In this document: positions 27,347 to 37,676 of the stretch, piece by piece
How positions within the stretch are numbered: position 1 is the first letter of the stretch
How the letters are laid out: every line of letters starts with the position of its first letter
Source of the DNA: an uncultured delta proteobacterium
GTDB taxonomy: Bacteria; Myxococcota; UBA727; VGSZ01
DNA: 64,000 nucleotides
Direction: 5' to 3'
Assembly (NCBI GenBank): GCA_963775425.1
Contig: CAVZJB010000012.1
Span: 352,001-416,000, forward strand
Position numbers and translations under genes: made by a program
The notes under the pieces: generated by a model
Seen by the model: the letters and a program-made list of their open reading frames with translations, nothing else
The model's database searches: none
What the model was told of the DNA's origin: nothing

Positions 27347-30300
27347 TCAGTCCTCGGCGTCTTCGCCGCGCGAGGCCTCCTTGATGGCCTTCAGCTCCGG
27401 GTTGCCGTTCACGATCTGCGACAGCCGCGGCCGCTTCATGCGCAACAGCGCCGCCGCCCGCGTGATGTTGCCGCCCGTCTGGCGCATGGCGTTGGCGATG
27501 GCCTCGAACTCCAGGCGGCGCTTGAGGTCGCCGAGCGCGATGCCCTCGTCGGCGCCGGCGGCCACCCGCCCGAGCACGTCCGCGGGGCGCCCGCCGTTTT
27601 GCTCGCGCGGCGCCGCAGGGCGCGCGGCCGGCAGCGGCGGGCGAACCGGCAGCGGGGCCCGCGCCGGCAGCGGCGCCGCCGCCGGGGCGACCGGGGCCGC
27701 GTGGGCCACCGGCGCCGCCGCGTCGAACAGCTCGGGGAACTCCGCGAGGTGCTCGACGTCGACGACGTCGCCCTCGCAAAAGAGCGCCACCGAGCGGATG
27801 ACGTTTTGCAGCTCGCGGATGTTGCCGGGCCAGCGGTGCCGCATGAGCACCGCCTCCGCCTCCGGCGAGAGCGCCAGCGGCGCGCGCCCCACCTCGTCGC
27901 GGGTCTTGGAGAGGAAGCGCGTGGAGAGCACCGGGATGTCGTCGGGCCGCTCGCGCAGCGCGGGCATCTCCACCACCACCCCGCGCAGGCGGTAGTAGAG
28001 GTCCTCGCGGAAGGAGCCGTCCTTCACCATGCTCTCGAGGTCTCTGTGGGTGGCGCAGATGACCACGGCGTCGGTGCTGATGGTCTGCGTGCCGCCTACG
28101 CGCTCGAACTGGCGCTCCTGCAGCACGCGCAACAGCGACACCTGGGTCTTGGGCGAGATGTCGCCGATCTCATCGAGGAAGATGGTGCCGCCGCGGGCCA
28201 GCTCGAAGCGCCCGATCTTCCTGGCGAGCGCGCCGGTGAACGAGCCCTTCTCGTGGCCGAACAGCTCGCTCATCAAGAGCGTCTCGACGAGCGCCGCGCA
28301 GTTCACGCGCACGAAGGGCCCGTGGGCGCGCTCCGACAAGCGGTGCACCGCGGCGGCCACCAGCTCCTTGCCTGTGCCGCTCTCGCCGCGGATGAGCACC
28401 GTGGCGTTCTTGCTGCGCGCGATGCGATCGAGCCTGTCGAACACGCGCAACAGCGTCGGCGAGCGACCCACGAGCTCGGGGTAGCGCGCGTCCCACTCGG
28501 GCTTGCGCACCGCGGGCGCCGGCGCCTGCTGCGGCCGCAGCGTCTCGTCGGCGGCGCCCTCCGCGGCTTCGCCGGCGTCGTCGGCCACGGCGGCGGCGCC
28601 GAACAGGGCGGCGCGCGCGTTGTCGCGCAGCATGACCTCGCGCAGCGCCGGCGGCAGCCGCTCCGCCGTGGCCTCGACGAACGCGCGCGCGCGCGCGCGA
28701 GCGGCGTCGGCGCTTTTGGGGTCGCCGCGGCCCTCGAAGCGGTCGGCGAGGAAGGCGAGCGTGCGCCACGCGTCGTCGTGGGCGCGCAGCTTGTCCATCT
28801 CGTCGACGGCCTGCGACAGGAGCGACAGCCCGCGCACGGCGTCGTCGTCGCCCTTGGAGAGCGCGAGCGCGCCCTCGACGGCGGAGCGCCGCGCGTGCGG
28901 CAGCGTCCCCGGCGCCGCCGCCGGCAGCTCGGCGACGCGCTCCTCGGCGCTGCCGAGGTCGCCGAGCAGGATGGCGGCCCACGCGGCCTTGGCGGTCATC
29001 TCCACCACGCGCGAGGTCTCGCCGATGCGCAAGAACAGCTCGCGCGCCTTCTCGTACGAAGCGAGCGCCGCGCCGGGCTGGCCCTGGTTGAAGGCGAGGT
29101 CGCCCTCGGTGAAGTGCACGAAGGCGCGGCCGCGGTCGCTGTCGTCGGACTCGGCGAGGCGGCGGCTCTGCTCGAGCCACGTCTGCGACGCCTCGTAGTC
29201 GCCGAGCGCGCAGGTGAGGTTGGCGAGGTTCCAGGTCACGCGGCGCACGGCGTTCCTGTCGCCGAGGCGTGAGAAGCGCGCCCACGCCGCCTTGTAGCGC
29301 TCGAGGCTCCGCCCCAATTCACCGGAGCGCTGCTCGATGGCGCCGAGGTTCAACAGCGCGTTCGACTCCGAATGCAGATCACCCGCCGCCTGCGCCGACG
29401 ACAGCGCGCGCTCGAGCATCTCGCGCGCCTCGTCATTGTGGCCGCGACGGTGGCGCGCGAGGCCCGTGTTGACGCGCGCGAGGATGGACTCGTGCTCGAG
29501 GCCGTGCTCCTCGGCGAGCTCGAGGTTCGACAGGAAGCGCGCCTCGGCGTCGTCGAAGCGGTCGCGCGAGTAGGCGACCTTGCCGAGCGTGTTGCTGTTC
29601 CTCAAGCGGAACGCCATGGGCGCGTCCGGCGCCGCCCGCGCGGCCTCCTCGGCGAGCCGCTCGGCGGCGTCGAGGTCGCTCTTCATGTAGTTGACCTCGG
29701 CCATGGCGGCGAGGACGAGGGCGCGCTCGGGCAGGACGTCGCCGTCGGCGTCGTCGTCGGCGTCGGCGTCGGCGTCGTCGGCGTCGGCGTCGCCCGCGGC
29801 CGGGGCTTCGCCCAGCGTGCGGGTCTCCTCGAGGACCTCGAGGGCCGCGCGGTGATCGCCGCGCGCGCTCAACAGCTCGCCGATGCGGCGCAGCACCGTG
29901 GGGAGCTGCTTTTTGGACGCGAGCGTGCGCATCTCGGCGGCGGTGGCCAAGGCCCCGCGGAGGTCGCCGCGCAGGCGTTGGGCCTCGACGAGGTGGCCGA
30001 GCAGCGCGAAGCGCTCCTCCGACGACGCCACCGGCAGCGTGCGCCCCACGAGGTCGACGACGGTGCCGTAGGCGAACGTGAGGAGCAGGCGCTCGCACGC
30101 CGCGAGCACCCAGGGCACGGCGCGCTGTGGGTGCGTGCCGCGCAGGAAGTGGAACGCCAGCAGCGGCTCCGACAGCTCGCTGCCGCGCTGCTCGAGGGTG
30201 CCGGCGACGGCGTGGTGCAGCGCCGCGCGCTCGTCGGCGGGCAGGTTCTCCTTCAGCACCTCCTGGTGGTGCGGGCGCGAGAACGTGAAGAGCAACTCGC

Positions 30301-31258
30301 CGTTTTGCAGGCGGCGCGCGAGCATGCGCTGCTCGACGAGCTGGCCGAGCGCGTGCGCCACCTCGCCCACCGGCGCCTGCACGATGGCCGAGAGCAGATC
30401 CGGCGGCGCCGGCCGCGACAGCACGGCGAGGGCGCGCAGCGCGCGACGCGCCACGGGATCGAGGGCGTCCACGCGCTGGAGCAGGAGCGCGTCGGTGTCG
30501 CGGGGCAGCGACTCGAGCAGCTCGTCGACGTCCTCGGGGCGGCCGCGGCTGGCCGCGAGCAGCTTGTCGAGGAGCGCGTGGTTGCCGAGGTACTCGACGA
30601 GCTGCGCGCGCGTGAGCCCGGCGACGTCGAACATGCGCGCGCGCTTGCCGGCGGACAGCGAGCGGGCGAAGGCGGGGCCGCCGTCGTCGTCGGTGCGCGC
30701 CCCCACCATCAGCACGCCGGGGACGTCGTCCTCGCCCACGTCGGGGTTGAACAGGTGCTGCGCGAGGAAGCGCACGGCCTCGCGGGTGTCGTCGTCGGCG
30801 TAGTGCAGGTCGCTCAGCAGCACGGTCAAGGGCGCGGCGCGCGACAGCTCGATGAAGAACGCGCGCAGGGCCTCGAGGAAGCCGGTCTTGTCGCGCGCGC
30901 GGGGCGCGGGCTGGTGCTGCAGCGTGGGCAGCAGCACCGCGAGGGCGCGGGCGTGGGCGTCGAGGAAGTCCTCGGCGAGCCCGCGCGCCTCGAGGAAGGC
31001 GAGCGCCTGCGCCGCCGGCTCCCGCAGCGCCGCGAACGGGTGGGGCGCGGCCTGCTCCGCGCGGCCGAAGAGCACGAGGCGCCCGCGCGCGGACAGCTCG
31101 CGCCTCAGCTCCGAGAGCAGCAGCGCCTTGCCGACGCCGCGGGGCCCGCCGAGGACCACGACGCCACCGCCCTTGTCGGCCAGCTCGTCGTGAAGCTCGA
31201 GGAGCTCACGAACGCTGCGCTTGGACCCCTCGAGGAGGGGCTTTGCGGGGGCCACCAC
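27347..31258 (-). CDS. Sigma-54 enhancer-binding protein with N-terminal STAND-like ATPase and TPR repeats
   Basis: N-term GPRGVGKA…LLSDLHYAD; TPR-like repeats ([13 protein letters not shown]); [44 protein letters not shown]; Fis-type [14 protein letters not shown]. Confidence 0.9.
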   Translation of the reverse strand: MVAPAKPLLEGSKRSVRELLELHDELADKGGGVVVLGGPRGVGKALLLSELRRELSARGRLVLFGRAEQAAPHPFAALREPAAQALAFLEARGLAEDFLDAHARALAVLLPTLQHQPAPRARDKTGFLEALRAFFIELSRAAPLTVLLSDLHYADDDTREAVRFLAQHLFNPDVGEDDVPGVLMVGARTDDDGGPAFARSLSAGKRARMFDVAGLTRAQLVEYLGNHALLDKLLAASRGRPEDVDELLESLPRDTDALLLQRVDALDPVARRALRALAVLSRPAPPDLLSAIVQAPVGEVAHALGQLVEQRMLARRLQNGELLFTFSRPHHQEVLKENLPADERAALHHAVAGTLEQRGSELSEPLLAFHFLRGTHPQRAVPWVLAACERLLLTFAYGTVVDLVGRTLPVASSEERFALLGHLVEAQRLRGDLRGALATAAEMRTLASKKQLPTVLRRIGELLSARGDHRAALEVLEETRTLGEAPAAGDADADDADADADDDADGDVLPERALVLAAMAEVNYMKSDLDAAERLAEEAARAAPDAPMAFRLRNSNTLGKVAYSRDRFDDAEARFLSNLELAEEHGLEHESILARVNTGLARHRRGHNDEAREMLERALSSAQAAGDLHSESNALLNLGAIEQRSGELGRSLERYKAAWARFSRLGDRNAVRRVTWNLANLTCALGDYEASQTWLEQSRRLAESDDSDRGRAFVHFTEGDLAFNQGQPGAALASYEKARELFLRIGETSRVVEMTAKAAWAAILLGDLGSAEERVAELPAAAPGTLPHARRSAVEGALALSKGDDDAVRGLSLLSQAVDEMDKLRAHDDAWRTLAFLADRFEGRGDPKSADAARARARAFVEATAERLPPALREVMLRDNARAALFGAAAVADDAGEAAEGAADETLRPQQAPAPAVRKPEWDARYPELVGRSPTLLRVFDRLDRIARSKNATVLIRGESGTGKELVAAAVHRLSERAHGPFVRVNCAALVETLLMSELFGHEKGSFTGALARKIGRFELARGGTIFLDEIGDISPKTQVSLLRVLQERQFERVGGTQTISTDAVVICATHRDLESMVKDGSFREDLYYRLRGVVVEMPALRERPDDIPVLSTRFLSKTRDEVGRAPLALSPEAEAVLMRHRWPGNIRELQNVIRSVALFCEGDVVDVEHLAEFPELFDAAAPVAHAAPVAPAAAPLPARAPLPVRPPLPAARPAAPREQNGGRPADVLGRVAAGADEGIALGDLKRRLEFEAIANAMRQTGGNITRAAALLRMKRPRLSQIVNGNPELKAIKEASRGEDAED

Positions 31259-31339
31259 GACGTCGCGCTTAGCACCCTGAACGCGACCCGGCGAGGCCCG
31301 CGGTCACACCGATCCACCGCGCGGCCGTCGACGTGCCCG

Positions 31340-31618
31340 TCACTCCGCGCCTGCGTCGGGCTGCAGGAGCGCGCCCGCGCCCGGGGCCGCGCCGCGGACC
31401 CAGCCGTCGAAGAGGCCGGCGACGACGCCGGCGCCGGCGCCTACGGCGGCGACGGGCACGATGACGGGGCATGATCTGCGGGGGATCGTGGACGCCCTGG
31501 AAGCTCGCGCAGCCGACGCCCGCGGCGAGGACGAGCCCGAGCACCGAGGCGCCGCCGGTGGAGGCCGCGACGAGCGCGGTTCGCGGACGACGACGACGAC
31601 GAGGGGGACGGGTCGCAT
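31340..31618 (-). pseudogene. Possible small two-helix membrane protein split by frameshift(s)
   Basis: One frame gives ALVAASTGGASVLGLVLAAGVGCASFQGVHDPPQIMP and another continues VIVPVAAVGAGAGVVAGLFDGWVRG…AE*. The switch falls at a G4 run near 31467. Confidence 0.3.
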
Positions 31619-31678
31619 GGCGCGGCTGTCGCCGGGCTCCCGGACAGCGAGCAAGCGGCGCGCCGTGGTGTCCGCTCG

Positions 31679-31694
31679 TGGCACAGGCACTGCA
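31679..31694 (+). promoter_or_regulatory. Sigma-54 (-24/-12) promoter
   Basis: TGGCACAGGCACTGCA with exact GG-N10-GC spacing, about 40 nt upstream of a GGAGG-led ATG at 31736. Confidence 0.65.
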
Positions 31695-31735
31695 CGCCAT
31701 GCTCTCGACCCACCCGCGGTCGGGAGGTGCGCACC

Positions 31736-32365
31736 ATGTGGCGACGACGTCTTCTCTCCATGACCCTGGCGTCCGTGTCCATCGGCGCCGTCGCGGTCCT
31801 CGTGCACGCCTCGCCGGTGCCGTCCCTCGCCGCCGCCGTCGTCGACGCGCCCCCGGACGCCGCGCCCCCCGGCCCGGCGTCGCCGGACGCGGGCCCCGGC
31901 GCAGCCGACGCCGGTGTCGACGTCGAGGCGCCCGACGACGCGGGCAGCGCGGATGAGGCGGCCGACCAGGAGGCCGACGCGGGGCCGAGCGTGGACCAGG
32001 CGCTCCTCGACGAGATCGAGCGGCTCCGCCTCCTGCTCGAGCAGCAACAGCTTCAACAACAAGAGCAGCCGCCGCCGGCGACGCGCGAGGATGTCTACCT
32101 GAGCCAGGATCCGAACCAGGGCGCCGCCCCCGCCGACATCGTCGTCACCAAGGAGGTGCGCGCCGCCCTGCAGGACGACGACGACCTGTCCGCGCAGGCG
32201 CACAGCCGGCTGTACGTGACGACGACCAACGGCGTCATCCTCCTGCAGGGCGAGGTCCCCAGCGAGCGCGAGCGCTCGCTGGTCGAGGACAAGGTCCGGG
32301 CGCTGGTCGGTGACCGCTTCTACGTCACCAACGCCTTGATCGTGCGCGACCGCGGCATCGAGTAG
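31736..32365 (+). CDS. Secreted BON-domain protein
   Basis: SD GGGAGG; signal peptide; acidic linker; C-terminal BON-like DIVVTKEVRAAL…LYVTTTNGVILLQGEVPSERER…VTNALIV. Confidence 0.75.
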   Translation: MWRRRLLSMTLASVSIGAVAVLVHASPVPSLAAAVVDAPPDAAPPGPASPDAGPGAADAGVDVEAPDDAGSADEAADQEADAGPSVDQALLDEIERLRLLLEQQQLQQQEQPPPATREDVYLSQDPNQGAAPADIVVTKEVRAALQDDDDLSAQAHSRLYVTTTNGVILLQGEVPSERERSLVEDKVRALVGDRFYVTNALIVRDRGIE

Positions 32366-32366
32366 C

Positions 32367-32846
32367 TCACGGGCTGTTGGTGAGCGGGTCGAAGGTCAAG
32401 ACGCCGTCGCACTCGTTCTCGCACGGGGCCGTGCGCGTGATGCCGCCGCCCTGGTTGATGCAGGCGCCGGTGACGAGGATGGAGGTGCCGGCGGTGAGCG
32501 CGGTTTTGCACTGCGCGAGGTCGTTGTTGCACATGCAGGGGATCTCGCCGGGGTCGACGGTGTCGTTGTTGTCGTCGACGACGTCGGGGGCGTCGGCGGG
32601 GATGCCGGGGCCGGCGTCGGCGACGATGGCGAGGCCGCCGTCGGCCTCGATGAAGCTCTCGGCGCACGCCGCGCCCGGAAAGCGCGTGCCCCGGTGCGCC
32701 AGACAGGTGCAGCACTCGTCGATGAGCTGCGGCCGGAGCCCCGCGAACGCCTCCGACTGCGCGAGGCATGAGCGCAGGTCGCACGCGCCGGCGCCGCCGA
32801 CGAGCGCCGCGGCCAGGACGAGCGCCGCGCGGCGCGCGCGGCTCAC
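32367..32846 (-). CDS. Cys-rich lipoprotein
   Basis: GTGA overlap with the cca stop; lipobox-like AGAC; many Cys (ECCTC, CMC, CENEC). Confidence 0.65.
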   Translation of the reverse strand: MSRARRAALVLAAALVGGAGACDLRSCLAQSEAFAGLRPQLIDECCTCLAHRGTRFPGAACAESFIEADGGLAIVADAGPGIPADAPDVVDDNNDTVDPGEIPCMCNNDLAQCKTALTAGTSILVTGACINQGGGITRTAPCENECDGVLTFDPLTNSP

Positions 32847-34372
32847 GAGCGCCCCCCGAGCCTGGCGTCGAGCCACGCGAGCGCGCCGTCCTCGTCGGCG
32901 AAGGCCCCGTCGAGCTGGGCCTCGAAGGCCTCCTTCAACAGCGGCCCGAACTCCGGCCCCGGCGCCAGGCCGCGCGCGATCAGGTGGCGGCCGAGCAGGA
33001 GCGGCGCCGAGGCCTTGTCGTCCACGTGGAGCGCCGCCGCCCGCTCGAGCAGCCAGGCGCCCGCGTCGTCGTCGCGGGCGAGGGCGTCCTCGGTGGTGCG
33101 GCCGAAGTGGTCGGCGCGGGCCACCCGCACCAGGCGCGGGATGGGCACCCGCAGGGCGAGGCGGCGGACGGCGGCGTCACCGGCGCCGTCGCGGTAGAGC
33201 TGGAAGGGCTTGAGGTGGTCGCGCACGACGGCGACGACGTCGTCGATCAGGGCGTGGGGCGCGCCGATGCGCCCGAGGAACGCGCGCGTGGGGGCCTCCC
33301 CCTGGGACTCGTGGTCGCGGCTGCGCGTACGCCCGTCGACGAGCTGCGTGGTCGCGGGCTTGCCGAGGTCGTGGCAGAGGGCGCCGAGGACCACGCGCAG
33401 CCGCTCGTCGTCGTCGAGGCCGTCCTGGTGGGCGATGCGCGCGGCCTCGTCGACGACCATCAGCGTGTGCGTCCAGACGTCCCCCTCGGGGTGCCACTCC
33501 GGCTCCTGCGGGCAGCCGACGAGCGTGCCGAGCTCGGGGAAGAGCGCGTCGATCGCCCCGGTCTCCTTCAAGACGAGCAGGCCGACGGACGGCCAGGCCC
33601 CGCGGGCGCACAGCTTCTCCATCTCGCCCCACACACGTTCCACCGGGAGCGTGGACAGCTCCTCCTGCAGCGCCCGGCAGCGCTCGATCGTCTCGGGGGC
33701 GACCTCGAAGCCGAACCGCGCCGCGAATTGCGCCGCGCGCAGCACGCGCAGCGGGTCCTCGTCGAACGCCGGCGACACGTGGCGCAAGAGGCCGGCCTCG
33801 AGGTCGGCGACGCCGTTCCAGGGATCGACGAGCGCGGCGGCGGCGGCTCCGGCGGCGGGGCGCGCGCCCCCGTCGGCGCCGGCGCCGAGGTCCAGGGCGA
33901 TGGCGTTGACCGTGAAGTCCCGGCGGGCGGCGGCGTCCTTCGGGTCCATGAACGGGTCGCTCTCGACGACGAAGCCCTTGTGTCCCCGGCCGTGCTTGGA
34001 CTCCCGCCGCGGCAGCGACACGTCGAAGGTGCGCCGTTGATCGGCCTCGCCGACGGTGACCTTGAGCACGCCGAAGGAGCGGCCGACGGCGTTCACCGAG
34101 AAGCCCGCGAGCGCGCCCTCGAGAGCGGCGAGGGGGAGCGCGTGCACCTCGACGTCGACGTCCTTGGGCGCCGTGCCGAGCAGGTGGTCGCGCACACAGC
34201 CGCCCACCGCCAGCGGCCGCCCGCCCGCGGCGCGCACGACGTCGACCAGGCGACGCAGCGGGGCGTCGACGGCGAACGGCCGGGCGAGCCCCGGCAGCCC
34301 CTGCACCGCGCGCGCTCCCTCCGGCGGGCTGTGAATGTTCACCACGAAGTCACCGTCCTGTGCGGCATCCAT
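32843..34372 (-). CDS. cca: CCA-adding tRNA nucleotidyltransferase with HD domain
   Basis: VGGCVRD…KDVDVE, RRDFTVNA, EDPLRVLRAAQF, ERVWGEMEK, WHPEGDVWTHT, CHDLGK. Exact start uncertain. Confidence 0.85.
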   Translation of the reverse strand: MDAAQDGDFVVNIHSPPEGARAVQGLPGLARPFAVDAPLRRLVDVVRAAGGRPLAVGGCVRDHLLGTAPKDVDVEVHALPLAALEGALAGFSVNAVGRSFGVLKVTVGEADQRRTFDVSLPRRESKHGRGHKGFVVESDPFMDPKDAAARRDFTVNAIALDLGAGADGGARPAAGAAAAALVDPWNGVADLEAGLLRHVSPAFDEDPLRVLRAAQFAARFGFEVAPETIERCRALQEELSTLPVERVWGEMEKLCARGAWPSVGLLVLKETGAIDALFPELGTLVGCPQEPEWHPEGDVWTHTLMVVDEAARIAHQDGLDDDERLRVVLGALCHDLGKPATTQLVDGRTRSRDHESQGEAPTRAFLGRIGAPHALIDDVVAVVRDHLKPFQLYRDGAGDAAVRRLALRVPIPRLVRVARADHFGRTTEDALARDDDAGAWLLERAAALHVDDKASAPLLLGRHLIARGLAPGPEFGPLLKEAFEAQLDGAFADEDGALAWLDARLGGRS

Positions 34373-34438
34373 CTTGCGACGTCTTGAGATTGCGTGTCGA
34401 CGCACACGCCCTTCACACGTTGAGCCGAGGCCGTCATC

Positions 34439-35026
34439 ATGTCGAGCACCACAACGTTCCCCAATCCCCTCGACACCGTGAAGATCTCGCGCTTCGCCCG
34501 TCTGGTCGCCTTCGACGACCGCTTGCTGCGCCGCCTGGTGAAGAACCGCCGGGCCCGCACCGCGTTCGCGCTTCGCTCGCTCTGCCGCATGTACGACCCC
34601 GACATGGTCATCATGGCCGTGGCCATCGCGCTGTTCGCCCCGAGCCTCGTCTCCATCGCCAACCACGCCGCCCTCGCGCTCATCAGCACGTCGCTGCTCG
34701 TGGTGGTCGTCAAGCGCATCGTGCGCCGCACCCGCCCGGCCGAGGAGCTGCACGGCAGCGCGCCCCCGGATCGCTTCAGCTTCCCGTCGGGCCACACGGC
34801 CGCTGCGTTCGCGCTGGCCATCGCCATGTTCGGCGCCTCGCCGACGCTCGCGCCCGGCCTGTTGCTGCTCGCCATCTGCGTCGCCTACGGCCGGATGTAC
34901 CTCGGCGTCCACTACCCGCTCGACGTCGCCGCGGGCGCCGCCATCGGCCTGGTCACCGGCTCCATCGTCGCGCTGGTGCGGATCCCCGACGTCATCGACC
35001 TGCCGTTCAAGATCCCCGGACTCTGA
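34439..35026 (+). CDS. PAP2-family membrane phosphatase
   Basis: KRIVRRTRP, FPSGH, GRMYLGVHYPLDV; multiple hydrophobic helices. Confidence 0.9.
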   Translation: MSSTTTFPNPLDTVKISRFARLVAFDDRLLRRLVKNRRARTAFALRSLCRMYDPDMVIMAVAIALFAPSLVSIANHAALALISTSLLVVVVKRIVRRTRPAEELHGSAPPDRFSFPSGHTAAAFALAIAMFGASPTLAPGLLLLAICVAYGRMYLGVHYPLDVAAGAAIGLVTGSIVALVRIPDVIDLPFKIPGL

Positions 35027-35056
35027 GCCCGGCCAATCCCACACGCGGGCCACACG

Positions 35057-36732
35057 TCAGCGGCAGCGGCGGTAGCAGGCGTCGATGCTCTTCTTGAAGA
35101 GCTTGACGTCGTCGAGCGGCAGGTCGTGGAGCCTGGGCGCGGTCCTGATGAGCGGCGCGGCGCACGGGTCGTGGCAGTGCCGGATGGCCGCGACCATGTC
35201 GGTCAGCGTGAGCACCTTCGGCGCGTGGCTGTGCGTGCGGCCGCTGTGCTTGCGCACCGGCTCGCGGGCGGGGGGCGGGTCGGCCGGGGGCGGCGGGTCG
35301 GCGGCGCGGGCGTCGGCGGCGGCGTCGGGGGGGCAGCGTCGGCGGCGTCGGGGGCGGCGGGGGCGGCGGCGGGCACCGGCGCGGGCGGCGTGGCCACGGG
35401 CGCGGGCATGGCCGCCACCGGCGGCGGCGCGGGGCGATCGGGTCGCAGCACCACGACGGCGGCGACGGCGGCGACGGCGACGACGGCGACGGCGGCGACC
35501 GCGATCACGCCCACGGCGGCGAGCCCCGCCGCGCGGCGCGGCGCCGGCATCGGCTGCGAGCGCAAGATGAGCTGCGTGGGATCGTGGATGGTCTGGGCGT
35601 GGACCGACGTCGCGATGGAGAAGACGTCGCTGCTCGAGCTCGCCGGCGCCGCCGGGGTGCGCACCGTGGTGAAGCCGGGGGTGGGCTTGGCGCTCAGCCC
35701 GGCGAAGCCCTGCATCAGCTCGCGGATGGCGACGAGGTCGCCGGCGAAGGTCTCGTTCATCAGCCGCCGCAGGGCGGGGCCGCCGGCGGGGAGCGCGTGC
35801 ACGCGCGCGTACTCGAGGATGGCGTCGCGCAGCTCGCCGCAGGTGCGGAAGCGGTCGTCCTTCTCCGGGGCGAGGGCGCGGCGCAGGATGGCGACCATGT
35901 CGGGGTCGAGCGCGTCTAGGCGGCGGGGGACGTAGGTGCCGATGCCCGCGCTCTGCCAGATCTCCTGCGACGACAGCCCCGCGTAGTAGCGCTCGCCCGC
36001 GAGCATCTCGTAGATCACGACGGCGGCGGAGAACTGGTCGGCGCGCGGGTCGACGACCTCGGCGCGCGCGTGCTCGGGCGCCATGTACGCGAGCTTGCCC
36101 ATCACCGCCTGCGATCCCGTGGAGCTGTGCTCGCTGGTGGCCTCGCGCCCGGTCTCGGCGAGGCCGAAGTCGATGAGCTTCACCTCGCCCTCGAAGTTCA
36201 CGAGCACGTTTTGCGGCGAGATGTCGCGGTGCACGAGGTGCAGCGGCCGTCCCGTGGCCGGGTCGACGTGGCGATGGGCATAGTCAAGCGCGTCGAGCAG
36301 CTCGGTGGCGACGTGCACCGCGCACTCGGGCGGCAACGGCGTGCCTCGGGAGGCGAGCTCGTCGACGACGGCGCGCACGTTGCGGCCGATGACGAGCTCC
36401 ATGGCGAGGTAGAAGCTCGGGCCGACGCGGCCGACGTCGAAGACGGGGCAGATGTTGCGGTGCGAGAGCTGCACGACGAGGCGCGCCTCTTCCACGAAGC
36501 GCTCGACGTACTCGTCGTCGGAGGAGTAGCGCGCGCGCAGCGTCTTCACGACGCAGTGCTTCTCGATGCCCATCATCCCGCCGGTCTTGGCGAGGAAGAC
36601 GTCGCCCATGCCGCCGCGGCCGATGCGGTGCAGGAGCAGGTACGCCCCGAACGGCGCCGGGAACAGGACCTTGACGTCCGTGGCGGGGTCGCCGGGCACG
36701 AGGGACAGGGTCTGGGACGTCTCGGCGGACAT
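35057..36732 (-). CDS. Membrane Ser/Thr kinase; frameshift at the G7 run 35327-35333
   Basis: GRGGMGDVF, HRDISPQN, DFG, GKLAYMAPE, then a TM helix and Pro/Ala linker. Shifting frame at the homopolymer gives …DAAADARAADPPPPADPPPAREPVRKH… into ORF 35057..35257, a Cys-containing tail. Confidence 0.8.
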
Positions 36733-36809
36733 GTCGTCACCGGCGAGCATACAGCGACGTTCGCCGGCCTTTGATGCCGCCGGCCCCCGCGCTGTGTTAT
36801 TCGACGAGG

Positions 36810-37646
36810 ATGCTCGCGCTCTGCCTCGTCGCCGGCGTCGTCGCCGGCGCGCCCTCCGTGCGGGTAGGTATCCTCGACGCCGCCGGCTCGGACGTCACCC
36901 GACACGATTGGGCGCGCATGGGCAAGGTCGACGAGGCCGTGCGCCGCGCCGCGCGCGATCTGCCACAGCTCGACGTGCAGGAGGCGTCGCGCACCACCGC
37001 CAAGGTGGACTCGGTGGCGGACATGGGGATCGTGTGCGGCTCCGAAGACGCGGTCTGTCTCGGCAAGGTCGCCGTGCTCGTCGACGTCGATCGCATCGTC
37101 GCCCCATCGGTGCGCTTCGAGCGCGATCGCACGTGGCTGAAGATCCTCGTCGTCGCCGGCAACGGCGCGCACAGCGAAGCGGAGGCGTGGCTCGACGGCG
37201 ATCCGCGCGCCGGCGACGTGAAAAGCGTCATCGAGGCCGCCTTCGCGGCCGCCCCGTCCGCGCCCTTCCCCGCCGCCGCCGCGGACCCGCCGGCCGAGAC
37301 GCCCGCACCGCCCGCCCCGCCCGCGCCCGATGCCTCCGCCGCGCCCGCCGCCGCGCCCGCCGCCGCAGCGCCGGAGGAGCGCGCGCCCGTGGCTGCACCA
37401 CCCGCCGCGCCGTCGCCGGAGCTGCCGCCGCTCTTCCTCGCCGGCGCGGTCACCGCCGGCGTGGGCGCCGTCGTCACCGCCGGCGGCGTGCTCGGCGCGC
37501 TGGTGATGGACAACGAGGTCGCCGCGAAGGCGGACTGGACCGACCGCGGACCCAAGCAGCTCCTCGGGCAGGCGTTCATCGGCGTCGCCGCCGTCGGCGG
37601 CGCCGCCGTCGTCGCCGGCGTCGTGCTCGCGGCGCTGCCCGAGTGA
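36810..37646 (+). CDS. Exported protein: alpha/beta domain with Cys pair, Pro/Ala linker, two C-terminal hydrophobic helices
   Basis: Signal peptide; VRVGILD…CGSEDAVCLGKVAVLVDVDRIV; ends …VVLAALPE*. Same layout as 40346..41128. Confidence 0.7.
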   Translation: MLALCLVAGVVAGAPSVRVGILDAAGSDVTRHDWARMGKVDEAVRRAARDLPQLDVQEASRTTAKVDSVADMGIVCGSEDAVCLGKVAVLVDVDRIVAPSVRFERDRTWLKILVVAGNGAHSEAEAWLDGDPRAGDVKSVIEAAFAAAPSAPFPAAAADPPAETPAPPAPPAPDASAAPAAAPAAAAPEERAPVAAPPAAPSPELPPLFLAGAVTAGVGAVVTAGGVLGALVMDNEVAAKADWTDRGPKQLLGQAFIGVAAVGGAAVVAGVVLAALPE

Positions 37647-37676
37647 CAAGCGACCGGAGCGAGCGGCCGCGCGGAG

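Noticed and set aside
29740-29792. (Asp-Ala)n tract in the sigma-54 activator
   Set aside because: Short low-complexity loop with no evidence of function.
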